A stretch of DNA of 64,000 bases from Eledone cirrhosa (GCA_964016885.1 OZ024755.1:40858001-40922000), one strand, 5' to 3'; positions 1-12,138 are shown, numbered from the stretch's first letter. Notes: generated from the letters alone by a model not told the origin. Translations and numbers: made by a program.

Positions 1-272
1 TAGCGGTGTAAGTCGAAATTACGTCCCCTGTATCATTCTAACATGAACCGGTGTAAACTATTATTTGTTTTTCTTACAAGCATCTCCATTTTAAGGCAGA
101 CAGCATCCTCGGAACTGGGATAGATTGCTGAGATTATGTGATATTAAAGCTTTATATACACACATACATGTGTTATCCCGTAGAAGCCATTTCTGTATTA
201 AATATATATACTCTGTTATGTATTGAGTGCCTTACTTACTGTGATTACCTCCGATTGAACCCAAGATACACA

Positions 273-312
<40 letters not shown>

Positions 313-333
313 ATGTATAATAAACAATACAGT

Positions 334-410
334 TTAATTACCTCTTTACCAGAGGTTTCCCGAATAAGACGAATACAAGACACGTCCGCATTCGTTCATC
401 AGACAAGGCA
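334..410 (-). ncRNA. Hammerhead-like motif (weak stem I)
   Basis: CTGATGA - stem II CGAAT/ATTCG - GAAA - CCTCT ggtaa AGAGG - TA. Related copy on + at ~54108-54185. Confidence 0.5.
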
Positions 411-488
411 ATTTAAAACATAGTGAAATAGTTGAAAAATCTCCTCAAGAAAGGAAAAAGTTTAACGGGCAAAAAAAATAAATAAAAG

Positions 489-1858
489 TAATAATAATAA
501 TAATAATGATGATTTCATTTATTAGCCACAAGGGCCGACATGTAGGGGACAATACAAAGACAGGGACAGTGGGGGTTTACAATAAGGTCGAGTAAAAGTG
601 CACAATGGCAAGACTAATTTAACAATGAAAATATAAAAACATAAAATAAACTATGCATAAATATAACAAAATAAATTCCCCGATAGGGTGTGGACGACCC
701 TGGGGTGATTCGGGTACCCCACCAATCCTGAACCACCCTGCGCTTCTAGGGCACCCAGGGAGAGCACCCCTCTCCTCAAGTTAACCAGCCTATAGGCACA
801 TGGTCAGAGTAGGCCCATTCACACGAACCATTCTCGCCACATTCACCCACCTTTTAGCAAATGCACTTCTCTCTCCACCCTCACCCTCCTTTCCAGGTGA
901 AACTTGAAGAAATTGATGAGGGATTGGCCGAAGAGAAAAGTGTCTGTCTTTAGTCCTTTCAACCTGGTCCACCATATAATCTCTTTCGCAACTGCCACCA
1001 GACAGGAAAATTTCCTGCTCTTCCTGACCTAAGGAAGGTGGCGGCTCGATCTTCACTATGGACTCGGCCGATAGCCGGATTCGTTCCACACGCGACAGTA
1101 GCTGTTCGACATAACTCCACAAGTTAGTAATGCACGGACATTGGACAAGTGCGTGCAGAACGGTTTCGTCGTTCTGTGCGCATCTTGGGCAGGTCCGTCT
1201 GATAGCACTTCCGTGCCTGTAGAGTTTATCCCGAACCGGCAGTACCCCCCCCCCCCCCGGTAGAAATTGTCCATCGTCCTCGGCTCAAAAGTCCTCCGGT
1301 ACAGACTGGTCAGTTCGACTTCGTCGAGGCCCAAAGCTTCTCCGAGTGCGTCATCGTACTTGCCCACCACTAATCCTCTATAGAACTCGAGAGTGGAAGT
1401 TCCACTGATCGCATTGCCCGCTTGGTAGAGGGCAGTGAGTGCCTGGAAACATTCCAGGTGCCAGTCACCTAGTCTCGGTCTCTTCTTGACCCAGGACTGC
1501 AGCTCAGTCAAAGAAATGAGCTGCGGAAAGGCCCGTCTGATAAACGGCGACCACACCTGTTCACCATTGAGGCAGAATATCTGGAGATGTCGCAGCCTCA
1601 ACGCATGTCTGCGCATCATTAGCCACAGCACGCCCAGCCCTCCGCGGAGAGGGTGATGGCAGCAGATGGACCGCCTCACCAACGGAACTTGTCCCCTCCA
1701 CAAGAATTTGAAGAGTAGCCGTTCCAACTTGACGAGGCGCGGACGGGGGCAAGGCACGACGGTTAGGCGGTAATAGATGACGGACGCGTTGTACGCATTC
1801 GCCACCTCCACGCGACCTTTCAGTGATAGCTTCCTCCCAGCCCATTTTGGGGTGAGAC
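489..1858 (-). mobile_element. Tx1/L1-clade LINE, 3' part of ORF2 plus 3' UTR (decayed)
   Basis: Minus-strand translation LSLKGRVEVANAY..LFKFLW..GGLGV is typical of the post-RT region of Tx1 ORF2. CCHC knuckle CPRCAQNDETVLHALVQC at ~1137-1192. AATAAA and an (ATT)n tail at ~489-523. Confidence 0.88.
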
Positions 1859-3941
1859 TGTAGCGGTTGTCTCCCTTGTTTTGATTAGGATCTAGACGGG
1901 AGGTGGAACCCTTTCTGCAACTTCCGGTCAGAGCCCTATAAAACTAACAACTTTAAGCTTCCTTTTTCTCTTTGCCTTTTCGGCACCAGGTCAAGAGTCT
2001 TCTCATTTGGCTCTGCCATTAATTTGGCCAACAGGCGCCTGGCCTTAGCCAGGCGCCCTCTGCCAGCCGCGTTTGCCTGGCAATCAAAACGGTAACTACT
2101 AACTTTGTTTCATTCTAACATCTATCTTTGACATGTCAAGTATTCTATCTACCGTTAATTAAATATTATATACACAAACAATGTCTCGTTTTGTTACATT
2201 CATACATCCCAGTATCCGCGCTATATTGGTAACCTTAACGTGATACGAACACGCAGCCGTTCATCGCTATAAGTGGTCACCCCCCAAAAAAAAGAAAAAA
2301 ATAGCACATCTGGTTTTGTGAGTAACATTACGAATACACAGCAAATTTAGCGACAAACTATGAAAATACTCAAGGACACGTACACACGCACATGTGGAAT
2401 TCGCACAGACATACTTTTTCTCTTACGCATCAATTAACTGTCGCATTTCACCAATATATATATATATGTTTCTCGTTTCTTACAACGAACACTTTCAAAA
2501 CAAAAAAAACATTTCACGATATATATATATGTTTCTCGTTTCTTACAACGAACTCTTTCAAAACACACAAAAAAAAAAAAGAAATTTGATATTCTTTAAA
2601 AAACATTTCAACAGGAACATTTATTTTCGATGAACCATTGCCTTTTGTTCTTCGTTTTCTTCATCGTTCAAGTTTTTTGTTTTTTTCCAAAGTTCACACC
2701 TATAATTATGCTGATTGAAGCCTTTCTTTTTCATCATTGTCACTTTCAAAATTGCACTATCATTTTCTCGCGCGTTAGAAATATTTTTTTTTCAACCTTG
2801 TATTGGCACGTGTAGGCAGCATAAATTCTCGATTCACTGAGATGTCTCTACTCACAGACAGCCGCACGCCATTTATCACCAGGGATTCTTCAGCCTTAAG
2901 CTATATTCTTCTATTTGCCGGTTTATAAATTTACAATGTAAATTTACCGTTGATAACCGCGCATTTATTAAGAATGCTTATTTCTCTGGTCGCTGGCCTC
3001 TTGACCCTTCCAGGTCAACGCATTCTCAACATCGACCATCAACTTCGGCTACTATTTCTAGCACTTTGCGCAACTCATTTTTTCTAAAAAAAAAAATGTT
3101 TACTGTGAATTTAAACACCGAATACGCTCACTCAGCGAGACAACAGCAGCAGCAACAGCAATACATCAATACAGCTTCACCAAAGCCAGAGAATTCATTT
3201 TTGCAGCACTCTTCCTGTGAGAAAATCCATTCGGAGGTTGGAAATTTCACGATATACCACAGAACAGAAACCACCTGCATTCATTCTCTGGAACACACTT
3301 TCTTTCCTGCTGTCATGTGATTGCACACCTGTGAACTATATTTTGAACTTTGAGCTCTTCTATTACTTTTACTTTATTACATTGTATCTTTGGGTGATGG
3401 ATAGATGGATGTCCAGTCGTTCTCTGGCCAAGAGCGGTTGGCTACCTTGATATCTATCATTGATTTTTCCAGACATTCTTTTGTCGTAATTTTCATGCCT
3501 GTTACAACATTCTCGCCAACTTGCTACATATTTTCATTTCGATTTTTATACACTAAAATTCTGGCGGGAGGTTATGTAGCGGTTGTCTCCCTTGTTTTGA
3601 TTAGGATCTAGACGGGAGGTGGAACCCTTTCTGCAACTTCCGGCCAGAGCCCTATAAAACTAACAACTTTAAGCTTCCTTTCTCTCTTTGCCTTTTCGGC
3701 ACCAGGTCAAGAGTCTTCTCATTTGGCTCTGCCATTAATTTGGCCAACAGGCGCCTGGCCTTAGCCAGGCGCCCTCTGCCAGCCGCGTTTGCCTGGCAAT
3801 CAAAACGGTAACTACTAACTTTGTTTCATTCTAACATCTATCTTTGACATGTCAAGTATTCTATCTACCGTTAATTAAATATTATATACACAAACAATGT
3901 CTCGTTTTGTTACATTCATACATCCCAGTATCCCCGCTATA
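1859..3941 (+). mobile_element. Complete non-autonomous LTR retroelement (Gypsy-like ends)
   Basis: 367-bp direct repeats at 1859-2225 and 3575-3941 (TGTAGCG...CGCTATA; about 3 differences seen). 4-bp TSD AGAC at 1855-1858 and 3942-3945. PBS at 2227, purine tract GGCGGGAGG before the 3' LTR. The 1.35-kb interior has no recognisable gag/pol ORF. Confidence 0.95.
2227..2258 (+). promoter_or_regulatory. Primer-binding site, tRNA-Trp-like, extended
   Basis: TGGTAACCTTAACGTGATACGAACACGCAGCC versus the recalled reverse complement of the metazoan tRNA-Trp 3' end, TGGTGACCCCGACGTGATTCGAACACGCAGCC. It starts 1 nt after the 5' LTR. Confidence 0.8.
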
Positions 3942-4112
3942 AGACTGGCTACTCTGCTCGTTACCTCGTCCCAATTCTTTTCCACCTGGAGGTCTGGTCC
4001 GAACCAAACCCCGAGCAACTTTACCGGTCCGTCCGCCCCACGACTCTGTTGGACGGCATGGGCTTGCCTCTCCAGGTTCCGAGCTGCAAGCCCACCGACT
4101 TTTCCGGGTTAA
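3942..4112 (-). mobile_element. Tx1/L1-clade LINE, upstream part (end of RT), 5'-truncated
   Basis: Reads INPEKSVGL..PVKLLGVWFGPDLQVEKNWDEVTSRVASL and joins in frame to TPKWAGRKLSLKGR once the LTR element and one AGAC are removed. Confidence 0.88.
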
Positions 4113-4129
4113 TAATAATAATAATAATA

Positions 4130-4312
4130 ATTGTTTCTACTTTAGGCACAAGGCCAGCAATTATCCAGTACATTACTGGTACTTTATTTTAACGACCCCC
4201 GTAAGGATGAAAGGCAAAGTCAACCTCGGCGGGATTTGAACTCAGATCGTAAAGGGACGTAACTGTGCTGGAAAGCATGGCGTCCGACCCTCTACCGATA
4301 CTGCCAATCCAC
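4130..4312 (-). mobile_element. tRNA-derived SINE family 1
   Basis: A box TGGCAGTATCGG, B box GAGTTCAAATC and an (ATT)n tail. Many copies occur in the window. Confidence 0.85.
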
Positions 4313-4378
4313 AATAATATTAATATATATATATATATGGGAGGAGGTTATAGTTCATTTGAAGCATTGTGTAATGAG

Positions 4379-4782
4379 GTATAAACGTTAGAATATGTGT
4401 AATAAGGCCAAGACAATGCAGATATGGACATAGAAAAAAGAATGCAATGGTGAGAGATATTGATGAGAATTCGTCTTTCACCTTGAATTTATTTAAATGT
4501 CCTTAATTTTCGAGATAATATCTCTTCTTCGGAGGGAAGTAAAAGTCTCAGACCAGCGTCTAAATTTCCAAATTTCTAAATTTCTAAATTTGGAAATTTA
4601 GACGCTGGTCTGAGACTTTTACTTCCCTCCGAAGAAGAGATATTATCTCGAAAATTAAGGACATTTAAATAAATTCAAGGTGAAAGACGAATTCTCATCA
4701 ATATCTCTCACCATTGCATTCTTTTTTCTATGTCCATATCTGCATTGTCTTGGCCTTATTACACATATTCTAAAGTTTATAC
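4379..4782. repeat. ~400-bp near-perfect palindrome (fold-back) with degenerate HHR-like arms
   Basis: Arms of ~197 bp around ~4580. Each arm carries CCGAAGA-A-GAGATA t TATCTC-GAAA facing outward. Confidence 0.9.
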
Positions 4783-4887
4783 ATATATATATATATATAT
4801 ATATATAACTCAGATCGTAAAGGGACGTAACTGTGCTGGAAAGCATGGCGTCCGACCCTCTACCGATACTGCGAATCCACAATAATA

Positions 4888-4976
<89 letters not shown>

Positions 4977-5268
4977 ATAGAGGTGTAACACACGAGTTAT
5001 GACATATTGGTAAAAGGAAAAGAAAATGAAAAATAGTTTAATTAGGAATAAGTAAAAATTAGTAATAAGTATTGGTTAGTATTCAGTTTTGGTTTTAAGT
5101 TTTTACCGGTTGCGCATTTCTAATGCTTTTCAAAAATAATGTTGAGATAGAGCGCCCGTGATGTTTGCTCTAATCTGATTAAAGCAAACATCAGAGCGCT
5201 CTATCTCAAAATTATTTTTGAAAAGCATTAGAAATGCGAGAAAACCACAGACCCTCCATCTCAACTCA

Positions 5269-5306
5269 CCTTTTGAAAAGCAGAAGAACTGCGAAACCGG
5301 TAAAGG
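5269..5306 (+). ncRNA. Minimal hammerhead with U3:A8 core variant
   Basis: CCTT-TTGAAAA-GCAG aagaa CTGC-GAAA-CCGG-TA-AAGG. Stems I and II pair fully and loop III is palindromic. Confidence 0.65.
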
Positions 5307-5545
5307 AACCAAATAAATATATATATATTTTTTTTTAAATAAGACTTCAGTTGCATTTTCGATTTCATCTCTTTTTCTTTATATATATATATATAGAGAT
5401 TTTGAGTTTATGTTGGTTGTATACCAACACCTCAGTATGCAGGCTGGAGCACTCGACGAAGTGCGCAGGTTGGTTTGGTTACTCCGGAGTAGTGTAAAAT
5501 AAAGTTAAATAAAAGTCAAATGATTAAAATTTAGCTTCGTTTATT

Positions 5546-5600
5546 ACTGCTATATATATTTCAGTGACAGCCATCTTTGACTGTGACCTCTTCAGGCAGT
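5546..5600 (-). ncRNA. Minimal type I hammerhead ribozyme (PLE type)
   Basis: ACTGC-CTGAAGA-GGTCACAGTC..GGCTGTCACT-GAAA-TATATA-TA-GCAGT. Confidence 0.85.
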
Positions 5601-5686
5601 TTGAATTAGTATGGTATAGACAAGTACATATGTTGTTTAGGTGTATAATATTGTCAATACTCTGATATGCCCAGTTCCTGGTTGGG

Positions 5687-5744
5687 TTGTTATTTCACTG
5701 AGGAACTGGAGTCATATGACTCCAGTTCCTCAGTGAAATAACAA
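5687..5744. repeat. Perfect 58-bp palindrome at the 5' end of an HHR cassette
   Basis: TTGTTATTTCACTGAGGAACTGGAGTCAT/ATGACTCCAGTTCCTCAGTGAAATAACAA. Confidence 0.95.
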
Positions 5745-5749
5745 TCCGG

Positions 5750-6365
5750 CTGAGACCATGATTGGGCAATGCCCTTGTTGCTACACATTCTATCTCCAGC
5801 CTGTGTTGGATGGCCATTGATGTAAGAGGGAGTTCGTTGCTGCTGCCCTTAGGTTACCTTCGTACCGTGATGTGGGCTCATCCGTGATCCTGGATAACAG
5901 GGTGTCGAAAAGTTTCTTGAAAATATCCACGGCCACACCATGTAGATCTCTCAAATCCCTCGGTAGTTTGTTGAAGAGTTGAGGGCCTTTGAACCCCATT
6001 CTATTGCAATATCTGCTTCTTGTTCTAGATGTGAAAGACGAGACCTTTGTCACCACACAGTGACGTCCTTTTCGGGGGTTGGTCCCGCTGTCAATACCAA
6101 AGTTTGGTGCTAGTCCCTCCAGGATTTTCCATATGTATATCACTGTGTATCTCTCCCGTCTTCGTTCCAAGGAGTAGAGTTTCAGTTCTTTTAGCCTCTC
6201 CCAGTAGCTCATCTCCTTCATCGTGCAATCCTCTTGGTGTAGCTTCGTTGGATTGTCTCAAGTTCCGTGGTTAGTTTGATACTATGGGGTGACCACAGCT
6301 GGGAGCAATAGTCCAGGCGGCTTAGGACAAATGGCCTTCATAGTATCAACATGGTCTCCCGGTCT
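5750..6365 (-). mobile_element. CR1/L2-group LINE 3' fragment
   Basis: LDYCSQLWSP..YWERLKELKLYSLERRRERY..LFNKLP..FKKLFD, the typical CR1-group ORF2 C-terminus. Confidence 0.85.
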
Positions 6366-6519
6366 CTTATATAGAAAATATCAAGTAAAAAGTCAAGATT
6401 TGTTTCGATTTAACAGAGCGGAAATAAACGATGTTGACGAGTGACGTCACCTTCCCTGTTTTCCACTGGACTGACAGCTAATAGCGTTGTAGTGCCTAAA
6501 ATTTAATTAGCGTAAAATT

Positions 6520-9500
6520 TTACTTATATGATAGGGTCCGGGAAAGGCACCATAAGCAATTTATGCTCCTTAATGTTACAATATTAAAGAAAATGTAAAG
6601 GAAGGGGTGAACAACAGAGCCAACACCAGAGCAAAAGACAGCAACGTCGCGAGTACTGGGCGACCTCTCTAATGATTTTTTAGGCAAGCCAGCACACTCG
6701 CAGCATTGCCTCGGGTTATGGCGAGGGTGATGCTCTGAAACAGCCAAGCGCCCTCACAAGATTCGCCAGTCACCTCTATTAGGCGAGCCGCCAGTGAGGA
6801 AAGGAACCTCACAGTCAGCGGCCCGACTCCCCGAAACGTCTCGAAAGCCACAGGCTGAAAAATGTAGCTGGCCGACAGATCAGAGTTTTTGCGGGTCTTA
6901 CTCCGCTGGGCTGCAGAAGCTGTGGCTCTCATCCTAACCGCAGCATCCAGGATGTGGGAAAGGGCAAAAGAGTCACTAACAGTGATGTCCCAGACAAGGC
7001 ACCTGCCTCTCGACCAGGGGCACAGGGTGAGACTGTCAGGTCTTTTGCCGTCACTTCTGGACAACCCAGATGGTTCCAAGACTGAGGGGATATTCGCCCG
7101 GGCCAAAGCTCTCTTCAGAATGAGGTTTAGCTCCGTGTGACGCGCGAAGCGGCCGGCATTCAGGCGGCAAGAAAGACCGTGGAGGCCTGTAGAGTCGAGG
7201 AGTTTGCCGCATCGGCACCTCAAACCCATGCAGACGTCAGCTCCCACTCTGAGCCCGATGGAGACACGAAGTTCGTCCACGCTGAGTAGGCCACCAACGT
7301 TGGCCACGGGTAGGGCATCGAACCAGTCGCCTGAGTATTTGGCGCTGGCAGATAGTAAGCGGCACCTTGCAAACTGATCTGACTGGACGAAGAGGGAGTC
7401 GAAGGTGGCCTTCGAACTTATGCTGTCCCAAGTTCTCTGACTTCGACTGTCCCCCACCTTCTCAGGAAGAGACATGCCCAACTCACTCCATTGCTGGAGA
7501 GCTTCACCCAACTCCCTGTTGGAACTAGTCCATGTTGGAGAGGAGAGGATGCTGCTCACCAGGGTGGAGCAAGCGTGGGTGGAGGAAAGGAAGCAGGGGA
7601 GAGAGAGGGACGAACACTTACGGAGACCAAGACCCCTAATTGTTTGGGCAACGCAGCCTGATCGGGGGACTCCGGAGAGAGTCTAACATTGACCAGGCAC
7701 TCGAGTCTCTCGAAGATTAGGTCGTCGAAGCGTTGGAGGCAGGACGGAAATCTGTGAGAGGGGCTGACCCTGAGCAGATACAGAAGCTTAGGAATAGACA
7801 GGTAGTTCCTGAGTATGAAGAAACCTTGATGGGGTTCGATAACTTCGATATTCCTCAGCAGCTGCTCAAGGCCAACCATCTTCGATTGGAAGGTTGACTC
7901 GAAGGCCAGGTCTGTGATTGGGGCTCCTAAGGAGCACCAAGCCGGCGGGGAAGGGACTGCGATGAAAGGGAAAGACTCTGCGAACAGGTCGATCAGCTGT
8001 TGGTGTTGAGAAGCCGGGTGGTTGAGGATCCAGAGCTCACATTTGGAGCTATTGATCTGGAAACCCCGGCGGCCAAGCTCCCCCACCATCCTGTTGGCAG
8101 TGGCGAGAACCATATCCGGAGTTCCCCCCAAACAAGCGTCGTCGAGGTACCAGACATTGAGGTCTAACTCAACCCCCACCTTGGTGACGTCATCAATGCC
8201 CAGTGCAAACAGTGCGGGCCCGAGTGGGTCACCCTGTTGGACTCCTGAGGCAGAGGTGATGATCTGGTCACCGAAAGAGAGGTAGGAGGGCTCCCAATAA
8301 GCCTGCCAAGCAAAGTGGTAGAGTTGTGGGACCCTCTCTCTTACTGAGCCGAGGACATGTCGCGGCTGACGGAGTTGAAGGCATTCCTGAGGTCAAGTTT
8401 GAGGATGACCTTGGGGGTCGAGGAGGGCAAGTTGGTAAATGCTCTGGCAGCGTGGACAGGAGCCTCACATCCCAACCTGGTACCCACCCCCAGCTGGATG
8501 GGGGAAAATTCCTCCGCACCGAAGAACAGTGGGCAGATGAACGGGAGAACGTTCATTGAAGAGAACTGATTCACAAACTGAGTCAGACTCTCCAAGACCT
8601 TGAGTCCAGCGTCACCGGCCAATAAGGAGATACCATCCTTGAGGTGTTGAGGACGAAGGCCGTCAATTCCCGCGCCTGACCCAGCGGGGAAGGATGAAAT
8701 CGCCTTTCTGATGATATGGGTGGTGTAAACCGGTCTCAAGTATTCTGGTGGTTCGGGCCAGTGTAGCTGATCATCTGGGGGTGCCAATGGGTGCTTCTCT
8801 TTCAGATGCTCAAGAGAATCAGAGTTGCACGGAGCAAGGGAGGACAGAGAAGAGAGGAGACGGACAGCCCCTTTAATGTCAAGTTCGTTGAATTTGGCAT
8901 TGACCGCTCGCTTGAAGTCTACCGGTTGTCTGTTGGTAGACACCGAGCTCGGTGTCGAACTTAGATGAGACGTGGTTGGGGTGGACTCAGACAGCTGGAA
9001 CTGCTGCTTGAGAGAGGACGTGATGGAACCCGAGTTCGCATTGTGCACGTGAAGAGAGATGAGGGGAAACAAAAACAACTTCTGCCAGTCAGACCTATTG
9101 TTGGACGAGCAAACGTTTTTCAGAAAATTAGAAAGGGCACGTGCAAAGCTATTCCGAGCTCCCTTAGGGATCCGGTTAACGAGCTTTGATTTGGAGAAGC
9201 CCTGGAGGGCTGTGGCAAAGTCGTCGGTAGAGAGTTGGTCATCAAAGCGTGGGGCAACCCCACGGAATACGTCGGAGCTGAAGTGGCACCGATTACAGGT
9301 CCAGTGTTGAAGCCTTTCGGCTTGAGCTTTGGTGATGCCGACACAGCTTCTGTGGTAGCTTGCGTGGCATAGGTGACATTTAATTGTCTTTAAGGACCGG
9401 CTAGTGCGGGCACAGAGAGCGCAATCAGGTGGTGGGCTAGCAGCAGTCGGCAGTAGAGGGCCAGCGTTGGAATTCGGTGGAGGGAGTGAGTCAGTAAAGG

Positions 9501-9744
9501 AAACAGCAGTGGTTCTAACGATGGGACTAGAGCGGAGGTTGGGTGGTGAGCTAAGAGTTGTAGGGGTGGTGTGGTTGGCCAGGTTGGGTTCGTTCGGAAT
9601 CTGCCGTGAAGAGGAAGAGGGTGTAGGTGGGGGAAAGTTAGCTCCTCTCGTGCGTGCCGCAGTTGGTGGAGAATGAGAAGTCGAAGGGTGACCGTTTGTC
9701 ACATAGTCGTTCCACCAAGCAGATCCCTTGGTCATTCGACGCAT
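6520..9744 (-). mobile_element. CRE-clade non-LTR retrotransposon (PHD - RT - RLE), near full length but disrupted
   Basis: RT motifs SGAGIDGLRPQHL, LKLDLRNAFN, SGVQQGDPLGP and WYLDD. CCHC (CRCG..HGLSC) plus RLE endonuclease RH..EPSGL..DGKRPD..LVWD..FQPVAFET..RGNA. Frameshifts near 8365 and 7650 and an apparent RT deletion near 8515. Element ends are not precisely defined. Confidence 0.85.
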
Positions 9745-11233
9745 GCCACCGCCACCTAGAGTGGACTAGGTTAAAGTGGTGGCAACTTTAGCAATCGGCA
9801 ATCGCCGGTGATAGTTCGGTCGAAACATCGGGCCACCGACGGGTTGAACGAAGACATAGGTGGGCTGTGTGCGAGGACGAAGTAAGGGGTGAACAAGGGG
9901 AGGAATAGAAAGTGGAGAAGGGGGGGGGGAGAAGATTATGAGAGCGTGGAGAGGAGTGTGGTCATGTGAGAGGCAGGTAAATACAGTGGGAGAGAAAGAG
10001 CACAGAACATGCAAAGAGAAGGAAAATAAAAACGCTAGAAATACAAAATCTAAGGCTGTGAGTTTGCGTAATAGTTCACAGTACAAACCGAAATTGTGAG
10101 TTTGTGTGAAAAAACAAAACAAAACACATGGGCAAGACTTCAGTAAAATCAAAACCTGAATGATAGTGATACAAGATGTTTACAATTACAGAGTGATTAC
10201 ATTACTGGTCCTGAAATCTCTCAAGTGGTCAAAGCTTCTAATTCTGTGAAATAGAATGGAAGTATGAATTGACTTTTCAGTCACACCTGACTATAAATAG
10301 ATTCAGGTTATTTGAAGAGGGAGATGGGATCGTGCCATGTGTAATCTCTTCTTGTGAAGCTAGTGGTGGTTCCTCGCCATTTATAATTATTTATTTTAAT
10401 TTTATATTTGGAGGGGGGGGGTGAAAAATTGTAAGTGTATGTTAAGGAGGAATGTATAATTGTGTGATACAATTGCTCTAGGTTGGTTCCCTGCGTTGTT
10501 ACCACAACCAATCCTTTAAGAATCAACAAATGTTAGTTTCTTCCCCTCACATTTTCAAGGCAAACGAGGCCCCTGCATAAATAACATAACAAATAACATT
10601 AAAAATTGCTCGCAATTCGTTCAGAAGGACAAATATGTCTAAACCGTGTATAATAACACAATAATATAAATTGATGGACAAAAATGATAAAGGAAAGAAA
10701 AAAGAAGGGAAAGCGGGGAGGCAATTCACCACCAGAGTTTCCAAATTGGAAATTTGGAGACTCTGCTTCGAAAGATTGAGACTTATCTGAGAATCTTGCG
10801 ATTTCAGAGTCAGGTTCGATCATTGCATCGATCGTGCCTCGAGCTGGTCGCCATAGGTATATATATCTAAAACAGAGAATGTCTATCAGTCTTGTCTGTC
10901 TGTCTGACTCACTAAAACTCGAGAACCTCCCAACCGATTGTTTTCAAACTTTACACATGTAACACTTATGGTCCTCTGAGTGTTTTGAGCAAATTTTCAA
11001 TGCCCTAGGGACCGCATTAGGCGATTTAGCGATCTCTGTATATAATTCTTAGTCTTTCTCTTTTTAGATAGATACATAGATATAACGTTGCGCCCTTATA
11101 ATATCTGTCTGTATGTCTGGCTGTCTGCATTACGACATTATGACCTTATATGTATATTTAGTGTGTGTGTATATATATAGTGTGTAACGTTTTTGAAAAT
11201 ATTTACTTCTGCGTTCACAGATAGATTTTTTTT

Positions 11234-11284
11234 AGTTTCAGAAGATCCCGTTATGGGTGAAAGCAGCGATTCTTTGCTTAAACT
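11234..11284 (+). ncRNA. Hammerhead-like motif with CAGAAGA core
   Basis: AGTTT-CAGAAGA-tCCCgttatGGGt-GAAA-GCAG..TTGC-TT-AAACT. A related copy on - at ~58995-59044 also has CAGAAGA. Confidence 0.5.
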
Positions 11285-11976
11285 TTAATCTGTTATTTTA
11301 ATATATATATATATATATATATTTAATACATTAACAGAGAAAGCTTTAAGCAATACTCCGACCGGCTTCCGTCTCACTCAGCAAACATTAGGATATACCT
11401 TAGTATAATCCCAATTATACGTTTGGGGTGCTAACTATACGTATTTTGCGGATAGCCTGTTGTATTATTTTATATGAGACATAATTAAAATACATCTCTC
11501 TTTCCAAACGATCGTTTCATTATAAGTTTTCTACAAATTGGGAAAATAATGTCCAGGTTATGTAGAAGCCTACACATAGTCCGTAGGAATATATGTAGGT
11601 GGGCACTTATAAATCATCAGTGGATGCCCAACAAATATCGATATAAAAAAAAACCTTACCGATATTAATGTTCAGCGATGGTACCCCTCTGTGCCAGAAT
11701 GACCGCTAAATTTGAAATTCCAGCAGTCTCACAATGAGAAATCTCACACTGCCATCAAGCGGAAAGGGGGGGACATCGCAAAACATAAAATAATAAAATA
11801 ATATGCACGCGGGTCAATTAATTCTTTCAATAATTTTAACCAAGCGTGAAGAACTCAATTGGATATAAAAAAATAAATATATGCATGTATTATTTATACA
11901 CGCATATAGGTATTTTCTTAGGCTTAAAGCAGAGATAAGATACCGGAAGAACAATCAATATTTCATACAAAGAATA

Positions 11977-12049
11977 AAACGATCGTAAAATAATAAGTTT
12001 TACTATGAATTACCCGTATTTTGTTTAATTTCATTGTTTTCACTATTTG

Positions 12050-12138
<89 letters not shown>

